Assembly (NCBI GenBank): GCA_964591485.1
Contig: CAZQDE010000005.1
Location: 6,625 to 70,624 of the forward strand
DNA length: 64,000 nucleotides
Direction: 5' to 3'
Source of the DNA: an uncultured Anaerolineaceae bacterium
GTDB lineage: Bacteria; Chloroflexota; Anaerolineae; Anaerolineales; E44-bin32
The translations under genes were made by a program, and so were the position numbers. Positions 28,869 through 40,420 of the stretch are shown in pieces. The first letter of the stretch is position 1. Each line of letters starts with the position of its first letter. The notes below the pieces were generated by a model. It was not told where the DNA came from. It saw only the letters and a program-made list of their open reading frames with translations, and ran no database searches.

Positions 28869-30121
28869 CGTTCATCCCCGGTGTGGGCTTCGAAGTCGGG
28901 CCGGAAATGCTCTATGGCTGAAATCACCGGCATGATCGAGAACTCGCCCAGCGCGCAAAGGCATTTGCCTTGCATCCCGTGTGCTACGCTATTTAGGAGA
29001 TCGATATCCGTATTCCGGAAACGGCCTTCCGGAATACGTTTCAAGATTTGATACATCCAATAAGTCCCCTCGCGGCATGGTGTGCACTTGCCACAGGATT
29101 CGTGCCTGAAGAAGCTGGCCGTCTTGTAGGCCATCCAAGCGATGTCCACGCTCTCATCTAGAACGATCACGGATGCCGAGCCGAGCTGCGAGCCCACTTT
29201 CGGCACCGATTCGTAGTCCATGGGCGTGTCCAGCACCTCATCCGTGGCGGGCAAAAGCGGCGCGGAGGCTCCGGCAGGCAAGATACCCTTGATCTTCTTG
29301 CCGCCCCGGATGCCACCGCCGTGCTCGAAAATCAATTCCCGGAAGGTCGTGCCCAGCGGAAGTTCGTAATTCCCAGGGCGCTCGACATGCCCCGAAAGGC
29401 AGAAGACCTTGGGCCCTGTGCTGCGCTCGGTGCCGATCGAACGGTACCATTCGGCGCCGCGGTTGATGATCGGCGGCAGGTTGGTGAGCGTCTCTACATT
29501 GTTCACCACGGTCGGCTTGCCGAAAAGGCCTTTGGCTGCCGGGAAAGGCGGGCGGAGCCGCGGTTGCCCCAATTTTCCCTCGAGCGACTCGAGCAGCGCC
29601 GTCTCCTCGCCGCAAATATAGGCCCCGGCACCGATATGAACATAGATGCGCAAATGATAATCACTGCCGAAGAGATCCTCTCCCAGCAAGCCACGATCGT
29701 AGAGCGCCTCGATCTTGCGCTCCAGCTCATGTGCCAGATCCCAGAATTCACCCCGGCAGTAGACATAGGCCACATTCGCCTGGGCGGCATAGGCGCAGAT
29801 CGCGACTCCCTCCAGGAATTGGTAAGGATTGCGCTCAAGGATCTCTCGGTCTTTGAAGGTGCCGGGCTCAGATTCGTCTGCGTTTGCGACTACATAGCGC
29901 GGGAAGACTCCGGGGGTGAGAAAGCCCCACTTCACACCCGTGGGGAAGCCCGCACCTCCACGCCCCCGCAATCCGGAGGCCTTGACCGTCTCGATGACCT
30001 CCTCGGGGTTGGTCTCGCGCACGACGGATTCAAAGGCTTTGAAGCCGTCATGCTCGAGATAGACATCCAATTGGTCGATGTCGGGAATATCGCGATGGCG
30101 CAGCAGGATGTGCTCAGGCAT
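28865..30121 (-). CDS. nuoF: NADH-quinone oxidoreductase subunit F (FMN/NADH-binding)
   Basis: GLRGRGGAGFPTGVKW and ESCGKCTPCREG motifs. I chose the ATG at 30121 (MPEHILL), which overlaps the nuoE stop by 8 nt. The track start at 30235 lies inside nuoE. Confidence 0.95.
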   Translation of the reverse strand: MPEHILLRHRDIPDIDQLDVYLEHDGFKAFESVVRETNPEEVIETVKASGLRGRGGAGFPTGVKWGFLTPGVFPRYVVANADESEPGTFKDREILERNPYQFLEGVAICAYAAQANVAYVYCRGEFWDLAHELERKIEALYDRGLLGEDLFGSDYHLRIYVHIGAGAYICGEETALLESLEGKLGQPRLRPPFPAAKGLFGKPTVVNNVETLTNLPPIINRGAEWYRSIGTERSTGPKVFCLSGHVERPGNYELPLGTTFRELIFEHGGGIRGGKKIKGILPAGASAPLLPATDEVLDTPMDYESVPKVGSQLGSASVIVLDESVDIAWMAYKTASFFRHESCGKCTPCREGTYWMYQILKRIPEGRFRNTDIDLLNSVAHGMQGKCLCALGEFSIMPVISAIEHFRPDFEAHTGDER

Positions 30122-30653
30122 TACGGTCTCCCTTGCGCAGCGCCTCGATGATCTCCATGGCCGATTCAACGGTCTGGTTCTCGTAGTAGTGGATGCCTTC
30201 CGCATCCTGCACCTGGAACATGGGCGCCTTGTCACAACACGCCAGGCACTTCACGCCCTCAACCGTGATCATGCCATCCTCGGTCGTCTCCCCCAGCTTG
30301 ATGCCCAGGTTCTCGCAGATTTTCTCCGCGAACTCTTCCGCGCCCCGCAGCGCGCAAGACAGGTCGGTGCAGATTTGTATGCGGATTTTGCCTTCGGGCT
30401 TGCCATGCAAGAGCGTGTAGAAGCCGATCAGACCACCCACCTGCGTCGGGTCCAGATCCAGCAGGTCGGCGACCTCCCGGACCGCGGCTTCCGTGACGCA
30501 GCCATATTCCTTTTGTGCCAAGTAGAGCAGCGGCAGCACGGCGGCGCGCTTCTCCTCAGGCGGGTATTTCTCCAGAATTCGGTCGATCTCTTTCTTGTAC
30601 TTGGTGGCGAGCAAGGCCTCGACTCCTGTCTTGTGATATCTCCGGCCTAGCAA
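30114..30653 (-). CDS. nuoE: NADH-quinone oxidoreductase subunit E (2Fe-2S)
   Basis: AAVLPLLYLAQKEYG..., ICTDLSCALRGA and GVKCLACCDKAPM form the thioredoxin-like 2Fe-2S pattern. Confidence 0.92.
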   Translation of the reverse strand: MLGRRYHKTGVEALLATKYKKEIDRILEKYPPEEKRAAVLPLLYLAQKEYGCVTEAAVREVADLLDLDPTQVGGLIGFYTLLHGKPEGKIRIQICTDLSCALRGAEEFAEKICENLGIKLGETTEDGMITVEGVKCLACCDKAPMFQVQDAEGIHYYENQTVESAMEIIEALRKGDRNA

Positions 30654-31886
30654 TCAGCGGTCGGAATCCCCCAGCACCGGGTCCATACTGCTGATGATGG
30701 CCACTAGGTCGGCCACCAGATGGCCCTTGGACAAAACCGGCAGTGTCTGCAGCGCAGCGAAACTCGGTGTGCGGAAGTGCACCCTGTAAGGTTTGGGGCC
30801 GCCGTCACCCTCCAGGTAGCAGCCCAACTCACCGCGGGGAGATTCCACCGCCACGTAGACAGCGCCCTTTGGGGCAGGGAAGCCTTCCGTCCAGAGCTTG
30901 AAATGATGGATGAGGGCTTCCATGCTGCGGCCCAACTCCGAACGCGGTGGGGGTACAAATTTGCGATTATCACTCCGCACCGGCCCGTCTGGCAGCCGGT
31001 TCAAAGCCTGTTCGATGATGCGCAGGGATTGACGCATCTCTTCTATGCGCACGATATAGCGGTCGTAGGTGTCTCCGTTCGAACCTACCGGCACATCAAA
31101 GTCATATTGTTCGTATCCGCTGTAGGGGTTGGATTTTCTCAAGTCCCAGGGGATCCCGGCGGCGCGCAGCGGCGGCCCGCTCAGGCCCCAGCGAAGCGCA
31201 TCCTCGCCCGTGATCGCCCCAATGCCCCGCGTGCGGTCAATGTAGAGGGGGTTGTTGGTCAGCAGATCCTCGTACTGCTTGATGCGGCGCGGGAATTCCT
31301 TGAGGAATTGCCGCACGGCCGGCTCGAACTCATCGGGCACGTCGCGCCATAAGCCCCCGGGGCGCATGAAAGAGGTCATCATGCGGGCACCGGAGCAGAG
31401 TTCGAAGATGTCCAGTATGTGTTCCCGCTCTCGGAAGCAATAGAGGAAGACGGACATCGCCGCCAGGTCAAGCGCATGCGTGGCCAGAAAAACCAAATGC
31501 GATGAGATGCGCTGCAGTTCGGCCAGGATGACCCGGATCGCCATGGCCCGCTCAGGCACGTCCAGGTCGACGAGTTTCTCAACCGCCAGGACATAGCATA
31601 GGTTATTGCCAAGGTTATTCAGATAGTCCATGCGGTCGGTCATCACCAAAGCCTTCTCATAAGGCTTGGATTCCATGTTCTTCTCGATCCCCGTGTGCAA
31701 GAAACCTATATCCGGGATGCAATTGATGATGCGCTCGCCATCCAGCTCCAGCAGTAAGCGGAGCACGCCGTGGGTGCTGGGATGCTGTGGGCCCATATTG
31801 AGCAGCATGGTCTCGCCTTCCAGCGCCCGGTCCGAGACCATGTGGCGGAGCTCATCGACCGTGATTTCCAGTTGCTCTTCCAGCAT
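30654..31886 (-). CDS. nuoD: NADH-quinone oxidoreductase subunit D
   Basis: MLLNMGPQHPSTHGVLRLLLELDGE is the canonical NuoD/49-kDa signature. Length 410 aa. Confidence 0.96.
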   Translation of the reverse strand: MLEEQLEITVDELRHMVSDRALEGETMLLNMGPQHPSTHGVLRLLLELDGERIINCIPDIGFLHTGIEKNMESKPYEKALVMTDRMDYLNNLGNNLCYVLAVEKLVDLDVPERAMAIRVILAELQRISSHLVFLATHALDLAAMSVFLYCFREREHILDIFELCSGARMMTSFMRPGGLWRDVPDEFEPAVRQFLKEFPRRIKQYEDLLTNNPLYIDRTRGIGAITGEDALRWGLSGPPLRAAGIPWDLRKSNPYSGYEQYDFDVPVGSNGDTYDRYIVRIEEMRQSLRIIEQALNRLPDGPVRSDNRKFVPPPRSELGRSMEALIHHFKLWTEGFPAPKGAVYVAVESPRGELGCYLEGDGGPKPYRVHFRTPSFAALQTLPVLSKGHLVADLVAIISSMDPVLGDSDR

Positions 31887-31921
31887 GCTTCTACCGCCTT
31901 ATCCCCAAGAGCTCTGGGGGC

Positions 31922-32443
31922 TCATTCCTTTGCGTAGGGCTTGCGTCTATCGATTTCATCGAAATTGAAGCTGAATTGGACTTCTTCATAACCCAAGGGA
32001 TAATCCTTCCGCAATGGATGTCCCTCCCAATCCTGAGGCATCAGAATCCGGCGTGGATCGGAGTGACCCAGGAAGCGCACGCCAAACATGTCAAACACCT
32101 CGCGCTCATGCCAGTTGGCGTTCGGGAAGACGCCTTCGATCGTCGCGACCTCGGCATGGTCGCTTGGCACGCGAGCTTTTAGCCGCAGGAACACCCGCTG
32201 GGGCAGGCTGTACAGTTGATAGACCACGGCAAAGCGAGGCTCCTCGGGGAAATAATCGACGGCCGTGAGGGCCGCCAGGAAATTGAACGGACAGGCTTCG
32301 AAATCGCGCAGAAGCGTGCAAGCCTCCACGATCGATTCCGGCCGGATCTTCACCGTGGTCTCCCCGCGGAAGCTCTCCACCGAGAGCACCGCCTCCCCCA
32401 GCTTCTCCTGCAGCATCGCGATGGCTAGATCCAGTTCGGACAT
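31922..32443 (-). CDS. nuoC: NADH-quinone oxidoreductase subunit C
   Basis: [29 protein letters not shown] is the NuoC/30-kDa signature. Confidence 0.93.
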   Translation of the reverse strand: MSELDLAIAMLQEKLGEAVLSVESFRGETTVKIRPESIVEACTLLRDFEACPFNFLAALTAVDYFPEEPRFAVVYQLYSLPQRVFLRLKARVPSDHAEVATIEGVFPNANWHEREVFDMFGVRFLGHSDPRRILMPQDWEGHPLRKDYPLGYEEVQFSFNFDEIDRRKPYAKE

Positions 32444-32518
32444 ACTTCATCATCCCTGCGCGCAGGCCCAGCGTGTGGGGGCGCCGCAGCGCCCTCGATG
32501 CAACGGCCTTCGCCGCGT

Positions 32519-33001
32519 TTAGGCGTAGTCCTTGAGTTTTTCGCCCTTGACCTTCTCGTGGAGGGTGAGAATGCCGTGGATCAGCGCCTCCGGACGGGGC
32601 GGGCATCCGGCGACGTAGACGTCGACTGGGACGATCTCATCCACTCCCGGCACGACGGCGTAATTATTAAAGACGCCACCGCAGGAGCAGCAGTCCCCCA
32701 TGGCCACGACCCATTTCGGCTCTGGCATCTGGTCGTACAGGCGCCGCAACACGGGCGCCATCTTGCGCGTCACCCGGCCGGCGACGATCATCAAGTCGCT
32801 CTGCCTGGGACTGGCCCGCATGAGCTCCATTCCAAACCGGCTCATGTCGTAATCCGCCGATTGGGCCGCCATCATCTCGATGGCACAGCATGCCAGGCCA
32901 AACAGCATCGGCCACATGGCCCGCGTGCGGCTCCAATTCACCACCTTCTCCAGCGTGGTCGTCACCACGCCCATATTCCCCAGCTTCGTCTCTACTCCCA
33001 T
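32519..33001 (-). CDS. nuoB: NADH-quinone oxidoreductase subunit B
   Basis: [25 protein letters not shown] and [12 protein letters not shown] provide the N2-cluster Cys ligands. I chose the ATG at 33001, preceded by GTGGAG, which overlaps the nuoA end by 10 nt. The track start is 33022. Confidence 0.93.
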   Translation of the reverse strand: MGVETKLGNMGVVTTTLEKVVNWSRTRAMWPMLFGLACCAIEMMAAQSADYDMSRFGMELMRASPRQSDLMIVAGRVTRKMAPVLRRLYDQMPEPKWVVAMGDCCSCGGVFNNYAVVPGVDEIVPVDVYVAGCPPRPEALIHGILTLHEKVKGEKLKDYA

Positions 33002-33348
33002 TCCAGGGCTCCACTCTTCCACGCATAGATCAGACCCACCAGCAGCACGAGGATGAAGATCCCCATCTCAATCAAGCCTAGGAGCTTGATCTCGCGCAGC
33101 ACCACCGCCCAAGGCAGCAGGAAGACGATTTCGATATCGAAGAGAATAAAAAGCACGGCGACCAGGTAGAAGTGCACCGGAACACGCCGGCGTCCTGGGC
33201 CGTAGGGCTTCATACCCGACTCGTAGGGGGAGCTCTTTCTCGGATTGGGTCGGCGTGGCCCAAAGAGATGTCCAAGGAGGACGACCAAAAAGGCCAGGCC
33301 GGTGGCCAGGATTATCAGTACGGCGATGGGTAGGAAGTCACCAGGCAT
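32992..33348 (-). CDS. nuoA: NADH-quinone oxidoreductase subunit A
   Basis: 118-aa three-helix protein with [10 protein letters not shown] and [22 protein letters not shown]. It is the first gene of the cluster. Confidence 0.92.
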   Translation of the reverse strand: MPGDFLPIAVLIILATGLAFLVVLLGHLFGPRRPNPRKSSPYESGMKPYGPGRRRVPVHFYLVAVLFILFDIEIVFLLPWAVVLREIKLLGLIEMGIFILVLLVGLIYAWKSGALEWE

Positions 33349-33421
33349 CCGGCCCTCGTTGAGAGTGGTCTCTTTACCGTATGGAAAGGACTCAACTTAC
33401 ACGGTACCGGAAAACATGAAC

Positions 33422-33450
33422 ATTCTAACATAGTGTGAATTCTGGCACAA
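33422..33450 (-). promoter_or_regulatory. Putative nuo operon promoter (TTGTGC-N17-TAGAAT)
   Basis: On the minus strand the hexamers lie at 33450-33445 and 33427-33422. The site sits in a visibly AT-richer intergenic stretch about 75 nt upstream of the nuoA ATG. Confidence 0.4.
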
Positions 33451-33570
33451 TCTGACACTCATCGTCCCTATGCATGCCGATTTCCACTTCCTGCAGGCCG
33501 TGGGAGACGGCCGCGTATATCCTCTGCGAGGTTCCAGAGGCACCTTGGCTAATGAATGGTAGTGCAATCG

Positions 33571-35133
33571 TCACGAGAGGTAATCACGCAGATGACGGCT
33601 GCGGGTGGGGTGGCGTAGTTTGCGGAGTGCCTTGGCTTCAATTTGCCGAATGCGCTCGCGCGTGACCTTGAAGTGCCGGCCGACCTCCTCCAGCGTGTAA
33701 TCCTTACCATCTCGCAAACCGAAGCGCATCTCCAGCACCTGACGCTCGCGCTCGGTGAGCACCGAAAGGGCATTCTGAACCTGCTCTTTCAGAAGCTCGC
33801 GCGCCGCGGCGTCCACTGGCTCGGGCATGGTTTCATCCTCAATGAAATCGCCCAATTGGCTGGATTCCTCGGCTCCCACCGGAGTTTCCAATGACATCGG
33901 CTCTTGCGCGATGCGCAAGATGCGGCGCACCTTGGCCGCCGCCCGCTTCCACTTGCGCTCCAGCACCGGATCGAGCCGCTCATCCCTGGAGATTGCCTCA
34001 CGAATGGCGGCAACCTCCTCCGGCTCGAGCAAGTCCATCTCGAGCGCGATCTCCTCGGAGGTCGGCTCTCGGCCAAGATCCTGAACCAAGCTGCGCTGGA
34101 TGCGGATCAGGCGGTTGATGGTCTCGACCATATGCACTGGGATGCGGATCGTGCGGGCCTGGTCGGCGATGGCCCGACTGATTGCCTGGCGGATCCACCA
34201 GGTTGCGTAGGTGCTGAACTTGTAGCCCTTGGCGGCGTCGAATTTTTCCACCGCCCTGAGCAGGCCAATGTTCCCCTCCTGGATGAGGTCTAGGAAGGCA
34301 ATGCCGCGGCCCATATAGCGCTTGGCTACACTCACAACCAGCCGGAGGTTGGCGCGGATCAGCGCGGATTGTGCTTCCTCGGACAGGCTGGCGATTTCCT
34401 CGATCTCATCCCGCAGCGCCTCAGCCGGGGGCAGCCAGCGCCTGAAGGTGCGCTTAGTTGGCAAGCCCTTATCATTCTGGAATCGGACCGCCAGACGATC
34501 GGTGACCGCATGCGGGAATATGTAGAAAGCCATGAAGACGTCCAGCATGTTGCGGGCGACCTGCTCCCAGGCCGGATCATTTCCCCACATATCGTTGTCC
34601 AGCCAGGTGCGCACGTAGGATATCGAATCCAGTTGCCAGGTCTGTCGCAGCTGGCGGGCCTCCTCCAGGATGAGGTGCAGATCCGGCTGTGGCTGCCGCA
34701 GGCGTTTGGCATCCTCCCGCACTCTCCGCCAGGCGGTGCGCATATCATCGAACAGCGTGAGGTAGACGGCGATCAGTTCCTCTTGAGGCTCGCCCCGCGA
34801 GGCCCTGCCACCACGCAAGAGCTCGAGCCGGCGGAGCGCCTCCATCCGCACCGCGAGCCAGAGTTCTTGGTCGGTGCCAAGCAACTCGACCCGGCCGATT
34901 TCCTTCAGATAGAGCCGTACCGGGTCATCGCTGAGCTCCAGTGCCAGCGAAAGCCGGTCGAGGCCGCGATCATCCAGCTCGATTTCGGGCTCCTGATCCT
35001 CCTCCAGATCAGGCTCGACCTCGAGTGCCTTGCCTTTAACGACATCGACCGGGTCCTGCTCTTCGACGGCGAGACCCTCTTCGGTTCCGCCCTCCTTCGG
35101 CAGTTCCTCTTCGAGACGCTTCTTCTTGCTCAT
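33571..35133 (-). CDS. rpoD: RNA polymerase primary sigma factor (sigma-70 / SigA)
   Basis: [16 protein letters not shown] (region 1.2), [30 protein letters not shown] (region 2) and [30 protein letters not shown] (region 4.2). It lies downstream of dnaG. Confidence 0.96.
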   Translation of the reverse strand: MSKKKRLEEELPKEGGTEEGLAVEEQDPVDVVKGKALEVEPDLEEDQEPEIELDDRGLDRLSLALELSDDPVRLYLKEIGRVELLGTDQELWLAVRMEALRRLELLRGGRASRGEPQEELIAVYLTLFDDMRTAWRRVREDAKRLRQPQPDLHLILEEARQLRQTWQLDSISYVRTWLDNDMWGNDPAWEQVARNMLDVFMAFYIFPHAVTDRLAVRFQNDKGLPTKRTFRRWLPPAEALRDEIEEIASLSEEAQSALIRANLRLVVSVAKRYMGRGIAFLDLIQEGNIGLLRAVEKFDAAKGYKFSTYATWWIRQAISRAIADQARTIRIPVHMVETINRLIRIQRSLVQDLGREPTSEEIALEMDLLEPEEVAAIREAISRDERLDPVLERKWKRAAAKVRRILRIAQEPMSLETPVGAEESSQLGDFIEDETMPEPVDAAARELLKEQVQNALSVLTERERQVLEMRFGLRDGKDYTLEEVGRHFKVTRERIRQIEAKALRKLRHPTRSRHLRDYLS

Positions 35134-35149
35134 CTATTGCAAACCATCC

Positions 35150-37081
35150 TCACAGGGGCATGGCCGCGGAATGAGCCCCCCGATGCGGGGAAAGTGCCCG
35201 GTCCAGACGGTCCTTCTCCAAGGCGATCTGCTGCACTTCTCGTGCCAGCTGCCAGATCGCCGCCTTTTCCTCGTCATCTTTTGCTGCCAACTCCTCCTGG
35301 AGCGCCTCCAAGTTATAACGCAAATGGTTCAATTTGGCCTGTAATTGACGTTGGCGCAGACGCAGGAAATTCGCCACCAACTCCTCCAGCACCCGCCCGG
35401 AATTGGGATCTACCCCCTCCATCTGGGCCATCAGGCCCTTGGCCATTTCCTGGAGGGGAACATCCAGCGAGTCCATGCAATAGGCGGCGGGTTCTTGCTC
35501 ATCCTGGGCCAGCGAATCCCGCAGGCAGCGAAAGAGAATCTGCCGCGGCGCGCCAGTAAAGTCCGCATCCGACGGCCTCTCTATCTCCATAGCTTGAAAG
35601 GCGCGGTCCACCCGGTAGAGCAACTCTGGCTTGGCGAGCAAGACTGCCAGGCAGAAGCCCTCCACGCCCGCCGTTGAGGAATCGCTCAAGGCCTCGATTT
35701 TCCCCTCCGTCGCCTCCGCCTGCGCCGCCCGCCGCTTTGGTCGGCGGCGGGGGTGCCATGCCAACAGCGCCCGCTCGTCCACCTTCAGCGCCCGTGCGAG
35801 CCGCTGACGGTAGGTCTCGCGCTCGACCGGATCGGCCACATCCTCGATCAGTGGAAGGATCGCGGCAGCAACCTCGGCTTTGGCCTTAGGATCCTCCAAA
35901 TCCCGCTCGGCCTTCATCACCTCCATCACGTAATCCACGATGGTCCGCGCCTGCCCAAGCAAATTCGGCCAGGCTTCTGGATCCCGGAGCACAAGCTCGT
36001 CCGGGTCCTGGCCTTCTGGGAGCGTCACGATGCGCAAGTCCGCATCCAACCGGCCCTCGTAGCGGATGAGGCCGCGGGCATCGAAGGTGGGCTCGGCCTC
36101 ACGATCGAGCGCCTGCCGGGCCACCTCCAGGCCGCGCAGAGTGGCCTGATTGCCCGCCGCATCGGCATCGAGGGCCAGGATGATCTTCCGGCTGTACCGC
36201 TTCAAGAGCCGCAGCTGGCTCTCGCTCAGCGCCGTTCCCATCGGAGAGACCGCATTGCGATGCCCCGCCTGGTGCAGGCCGATCACATCCATATAGCCTT
36301 CCACAATCACGGCCTGATCCTGCCGGCGTATTTCCCTGCGCGCCTTGTCCAATCCGTAGAGCGTACGCCCCTTATCAAAGAGGGGAGTCTGCGGGGAATT
36401 CAGGTATTTGGGCACCCCTTCCGGGTCCAGCGTGCGCGCCCCAAAACCGACCATGCGACCGCGTGCATCCCGGATGGGAAACATGATGCGATGGCGAAAA
36501 CGGTCGAAATAGCCCCCGGCCTCCCGGCTGGAGAGCAGGCCTGCCTCGACCAAATCCTCCTGCTTGAAGCCTCGCTCCGTCAAATGCCCATGGAGCGCAT
36601 CCCATGCATCCGGCGCATAACCCAGCTCGAAAGTCTCCAAGGTGGCATCCTGAAGCCCACGCTTGCGCAGATAGGCGAGCGCAGGCTTGCCGGCTGAGGT
36701 TTGAAAGAGCGCATGCCGGTAGAAGGTGACCGCCGCCTCCAGCACCTCGCGCAGGCGCTCAAGCGCCTCGGTCTCGGCAGCCTGAGCGGGATGCCTGGGC
36801 TCGAGTTCGACACCCGCCCGCTCGGCAAGATAAGCCAGGGCCTCAGGGAAATCCCAGCCTTCGCGCTTCATCACAAAATTGAAAATATCCCCGCCTTCGT
36901 TGCAGGCGCCAAAGCAGCGCCAGGTGCCCGAATCCGGAAACACCGCAAACGCCGGGGTGCGCTTGTTGGGATGGAAAGGGCAGAATCCGGTGTAATTCTT
37001 CCCCGATTTGCGCAGCTTTACCGTCTCGCCGACGAGCTCGACGATATCGATGCGATCCTTGATTTCGTCAACAACGCTCAT
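35150..37081 (-). CDS. dnaG: DNA primase
   Basis: The [31 protein letters not shown]-type CHC2 zinc finger appears here as [37 protein letters not shown]. A TOPRIM segment [16 protein letters not shown] is also present. Confidence 0.95.
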   Translation of the reverse strand: [643 protein letters not shown]

Positions 37082-37401
37082 ACCTGAGCCCTATGAAACC
37101 CCAACGGCCACTGCATCTTGCCGCTGGATGACTAGACATGCTCAATGGGTGCGCCGAACCACGCGCCTCCGGCATTCCTCGTCCGTTGCAAGAATTCGCA
37201 GCGTTTGGGATTGGAATGGTCCTTGCGATGGGCGGCCCACGCTAGCCCACCCTCCCGACAGCGATGGTATCGCAACCAGCCCCCGGATTATAGACATCCG
37301 CTCGAACCGCGCCACTTTTCAGACCGGCCTCTCTGCATGGCTATGCGCCGCCACCACCGATCTTCCGCACATGCCATCTAGGCCAGATCCCGCCCCAGAG
37401 G

Positions 37402-40395
37402 CTAGAAGCCTTCCACCTTGGAAAGATCCACCACACCCCGCGCTCGGGCCACAATACGCTGGACCAGCGCAAGGCGATTGGCCCGTAGGGCCTCATCTTC
37501 CGCCATGACCAGCACCTCGTCGAAGAAGCGCGTAATCGCGGGTTTCAAGGCCTCGATCTCGGCCAGGAAATCCCGCACAGAGCCGGCCCGACGTTCTCGC
37601 GCCTCGACATCCAGGATGGCCTGATAAAGCGCCTTTTCGGCCTCTTCCACCAGCCTCGCCGGATCCACCTGCACATCCTTGGCCTCACCGCGCGCAATCC
37701 GTGCACAACGGGCGTAGGCCTGTAGGATTTCCATCCAATCCGCGCGGCCTCGCCAGGTCTCGAACTCGGCGATGGCAGCTGCGGCGCGCGCCGGCCGGAC
37801 ACCTTGCTCAGCGAGAACCGCCGCCACCGCATCGTGCCGGTGACCCTGCTCACGAAAGGCGATTTCCTCCCGCGTGAGGATGAATTCGAGGCAAGCCTCA
37901 AGCACCTCATCCCCAACCTGAATGGGCTGCAGTTCCGCCGCCAGGCCCAGTGCCTCATCTAGATCAAGATCCCAGCCCGACACGACCAGAATTTGGATCA
38001 GGCCGATCGCCGTCCGGCGCAGCGCGAAAGGATCCTTCCCGCCCTTTGGTTGGTGGCCCGCGGCGAAGAGCCCAATCAGCGTATCCAGGCGGTCGGCCAC
38101 GCCAAGGACAATGCCCGGCGCTGAGGCGGGCAGCGCATCTCCAGCATAGCGAGGCAGGTAATGCTCATAGATCGCCTGCGCCACCCCCTCGGATTCGCCC
38201 GAGCGAAGCGCGTAGACGCGTCCCATTTCCCCTTGCAGGGAGGTCATCTCGATGACCATCTGAGTCGCCAAATCCGCCTTGCAGAGATGGGCGGCTCTCA
38301 GCGCCGTCTCCGCATCCTCGGCGTTCAGGCCATACCGTCCAGCCAACTGGCGAGTCAGCGCCTCCACACGGGCCGTCTTTTCGCGCATCGAGCCCAAGGC
38401 CGACTCGAAGGTCAGCGTCTCCAGCCGCGGCAGGTAGGCCTCCAGCGGTTTCTCGAGATCGCGACGGAAGAAGTAATCCGCATCGGCGAAGCGGGCCCGA
38501 AGGACATGCTCGTTGCCCCGGGCCACCGTATCCAGATGTTCGTCGCCCCCATTGCGAACGGTTATGAAGTACGGCAGGAGCTTGCCCTCACGCTCCACCG
38601 GGAAATAGCGTTGGTGCACCCGCATCGCCGTGACCAAGACCGCGCGCGGCAGTGAAAGGAAGCTTTCATCGAAGGAGCCTCGCAAGGCCGTTGGTCGCTC
38701 TACAAGCCCCGTGACTTCCTCCAGCAGCGCCGGGTCATCCGGGATCGAGCCGCCCACTTCCTCCGCCAGGCTCTGCGATCGCTCGCGGATCTTTGCCTTC
38801 CGCTCGGCAGGATCGAGCACGATGCCGCTAGCCTCCATCGCTTCCAGATAGCCTCGGGGACTATCCAGTTCGACCGTTTCCGGCTCGGAAAGACGCAGCA
38901 GGCGCGTGATACGTCCGGCCTGGAGACCGGCAAAACCCAGCGGTACCACGTGCTCGCCGTGCAATGCCACGATCCAGCGCACGGGCCGGGAGAAGGAGGT
39001 CTTGGTTGCATCCCAACGCATGGTCTTCTCGAAGCGCAACCCACCTAGAATCGCCGGAAGCTTTTCCGCAAGCACCTCATCCGCGCTGCGGCCAGGCTTG
39101 CAAACTTCCGCCACAATGTAGCGGCCGCCATCGATTTCCTGCACGCGAAGCGCATCCAGATCGACGCCCCGGCTTCGAGCGAAGCCCTCGGCAGCCTGGG
39201 TGGGCCGGCCCTCCGCGTCGAAGGCCTTATCCGCCGGGGGGCCCTTCTGCAGCGTGACCTGCTCTTCCTGTTGTGGAGCCAGATCCTTGACCATCACAAC
39301 CAGCCGGCGCGGCGTGCCCATCACCTGGACCCCGCCGTGGTGCAAGCACTCCGCATCCAGCATGGCGGCCACTTGCTCCTCGAGTTGTTCGAGGGCCATG
39401 GCCAGATCGGCAGCCGGGAGCTCCTCGCTGCCGAGTTCGAGCAAGAAGTCGGCCGCCGACTCCGGAGTCGGACCCGGATCGGGTGCCTCTTGAAGGGCCC
39501 TCTTGATCGCCCAGCGCCCGATCCAAGGGAAGCCCTCGCTCTCACGTTGTTCCAGGTACAGGTCCGTCACGCGGCGCGCCAGGTCCCGCATCCGCGCAAA
39601 CAGCGCGGCTCGCTCACTCACGCCCACCGCGCCGCGCCCATCCAGCAGATTGAAGACATGCGAGCATTTCAGCACATAATCATGCGCCGGGAAGACCAGC
39701 CCGGCATCCAGGCAGTTGTTCGCCTCGGCCTCGAATTCTGCGTACATCGTGCGCAGGCGCTCGACATCCGCAACTTCGAACGTGTAGCGGCTGTGCTCGC
39801 GCTCCGACTGCAGATTCACCTCGCCATACGTCACATAGGAATTCCAGGGTAACTCAACGAAGTTCTCGACGCCCAGCAAGGCCAGCAGGATGCGCTCCAG
39901 ACCGTAGGTGATCTCGACCGATACCGGGTCGAGAACCTTTCCGCCAGCCTGCTGGAAGTATGTGAATTGGGTGATCTCCTGGCCATCCAGCCATACTTCC
40001 CACCCAAGACCCCAAGCGCCCAAGGCAGGCTGCTCCCAGTTGTCCTCCACGAAACGGATGTCATGCGCCGCTGGATCGATCCCGAGTGCAAGCAGGGATT
40101 GCAGATAGCGTTCCTGCGGATCGCCAGGGTCGGGCTTTAGGATGACCTGGAATTGATAGTAGTGACCCCAGCGGTTGGGGTTCTCGCCATAGCGGCTATC
40201 AGTGGGGCGGATCGAAGGCTCCACGTACGCCACCCACCAATCCTCCGGTCCCAGGACGCGCAGGAAGGTAGCGGGGTTCATCGTGCCGGCACCCACCTCG
40301 GTGTGATAGGGCTGCCAGATCAGGCAGCCCTGGTCCGCCCAGAAGGCCTGCAGTTTCAGGATAATCGATTGAAGCGTGGCTTGCTTAGGGTCCAA
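37402..40395 (-). CDS. glyQS: Glycine--tRNA ligase, alpha and beta subunits fused in one 997-aa polypeptide
   Basis: The N-terminal ~290 aa are GlyQ-like ([44 protein letters not shown]...[10 protein letters not shown]). They continue without a stop into a GlyS-like region ([13 protein letters not shown]...LHGEHVVPL...) of about 700 aa. Confidence 0.92.
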   Translation of the reverse strand: MDPKQATLQSIILKLQAFWADQGCLIWQPYHTEVGAGTMNPATFLRVLGPEDWWVAYVEPSIRPTDSRYGENPNRWGHYYQFQVILKPDPGDPQERYLQSLLALGIDPAAHDIRFVEDNWEQPALGAWGLGWEVWLDGQEITQFTYFQQAGGKVLDPVSVEITYGLERILLALLGVENFVELPWNSYVTYGEVNLQSEREHSRYTFEVADVERLRTMYAEFEAEANNCLDAGLVFPAHDYVLKCSHVFNLLDGRGAVGVSERAALFARMRDLARRVTDLYLEQRESEGFPWIGRWAIKRALQEAPDPGPTPESAADFLLELGSEELPAADLAMALEQLEEQVAAMLDAECLHHGGVQVMGTPRRLVVMVKDLAPQQEEQVTLQKGPPADKAFDAEGRPTQAAEGFARSRGVDLDALRVQEIDGGRYIVAEVCKPGRSADEVLAEKLPAILGGLRFEKTMRWDATKTSFSRPVRWIVALHGEHVVPLGFAGLQAGRITRLLRLSEPETVELDSPRGYLEAMEASGIVLDPAERKAKIRERSQSLAEEVGGSIPDDPALLEEVTGLVERPTALRGSFDESFLSLPRAVLVTAMRVHQRYFPVEREGKLLPYFITVRNGGDEHLDTVARGNEHVLRARFADADYFFRRDLEKPLEAYLPRLETLTFESALGSMREKTARVEALTRQLAGRYGLNAEDAETALRAAHLCKADLATQMVIEMTSLQGEMGRVYALRSGESEGVAQAIYEHYLPRYAGDALPASAPGIVLGVADRLDTLIGLFAAGHQPKGGKDPFALRRTAIGLIQILVVSGWDLDLDEALGLAAELQPIQVGDEVLEACLEFILTREEIAFREQGHRHDAVAAVLAEQGVRPARAAAAIAEFETWRGRADWMEILQAYARCARIARGEAKDVQVDPARLVEEAEKALYQAILDVEARERRAGSVRDFLAEIEALKPAITRFFDEVLVMAEDEALRANRLALVQRIVARARGVVDLSKVEGF

Positions 40396-40420
40396 GGTTT
40401 TCCTCTCGGCACGGATCCGG

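Noticed and set aside
34369-36697. Two long plus-strand ORFs (34369..35559 and 35753..36697)
   Set aside because: They are antisense to rpoD and dnaG, both of which carry unambiguous family signatures. The plus-strand translations look like shadow ORFs.
37082-37401. 320-nt intergenic region between glyQS and dnaG, examined for an ncRNA (RNase P RNA, SRP RNA, tmRNA, 6S, T-box)
   Set aside because: I could not find conserved cores of any of these, such as GAGGAAAGUCC for RNase P, an SRP GGAA tetraloop context, a tmRNA tRNA-like end or a T-box sequence. Only a TATAAT on the minus strand (about 37296-37301) without a good -35 was seen. A covariance-model scan would be needed to be sure.
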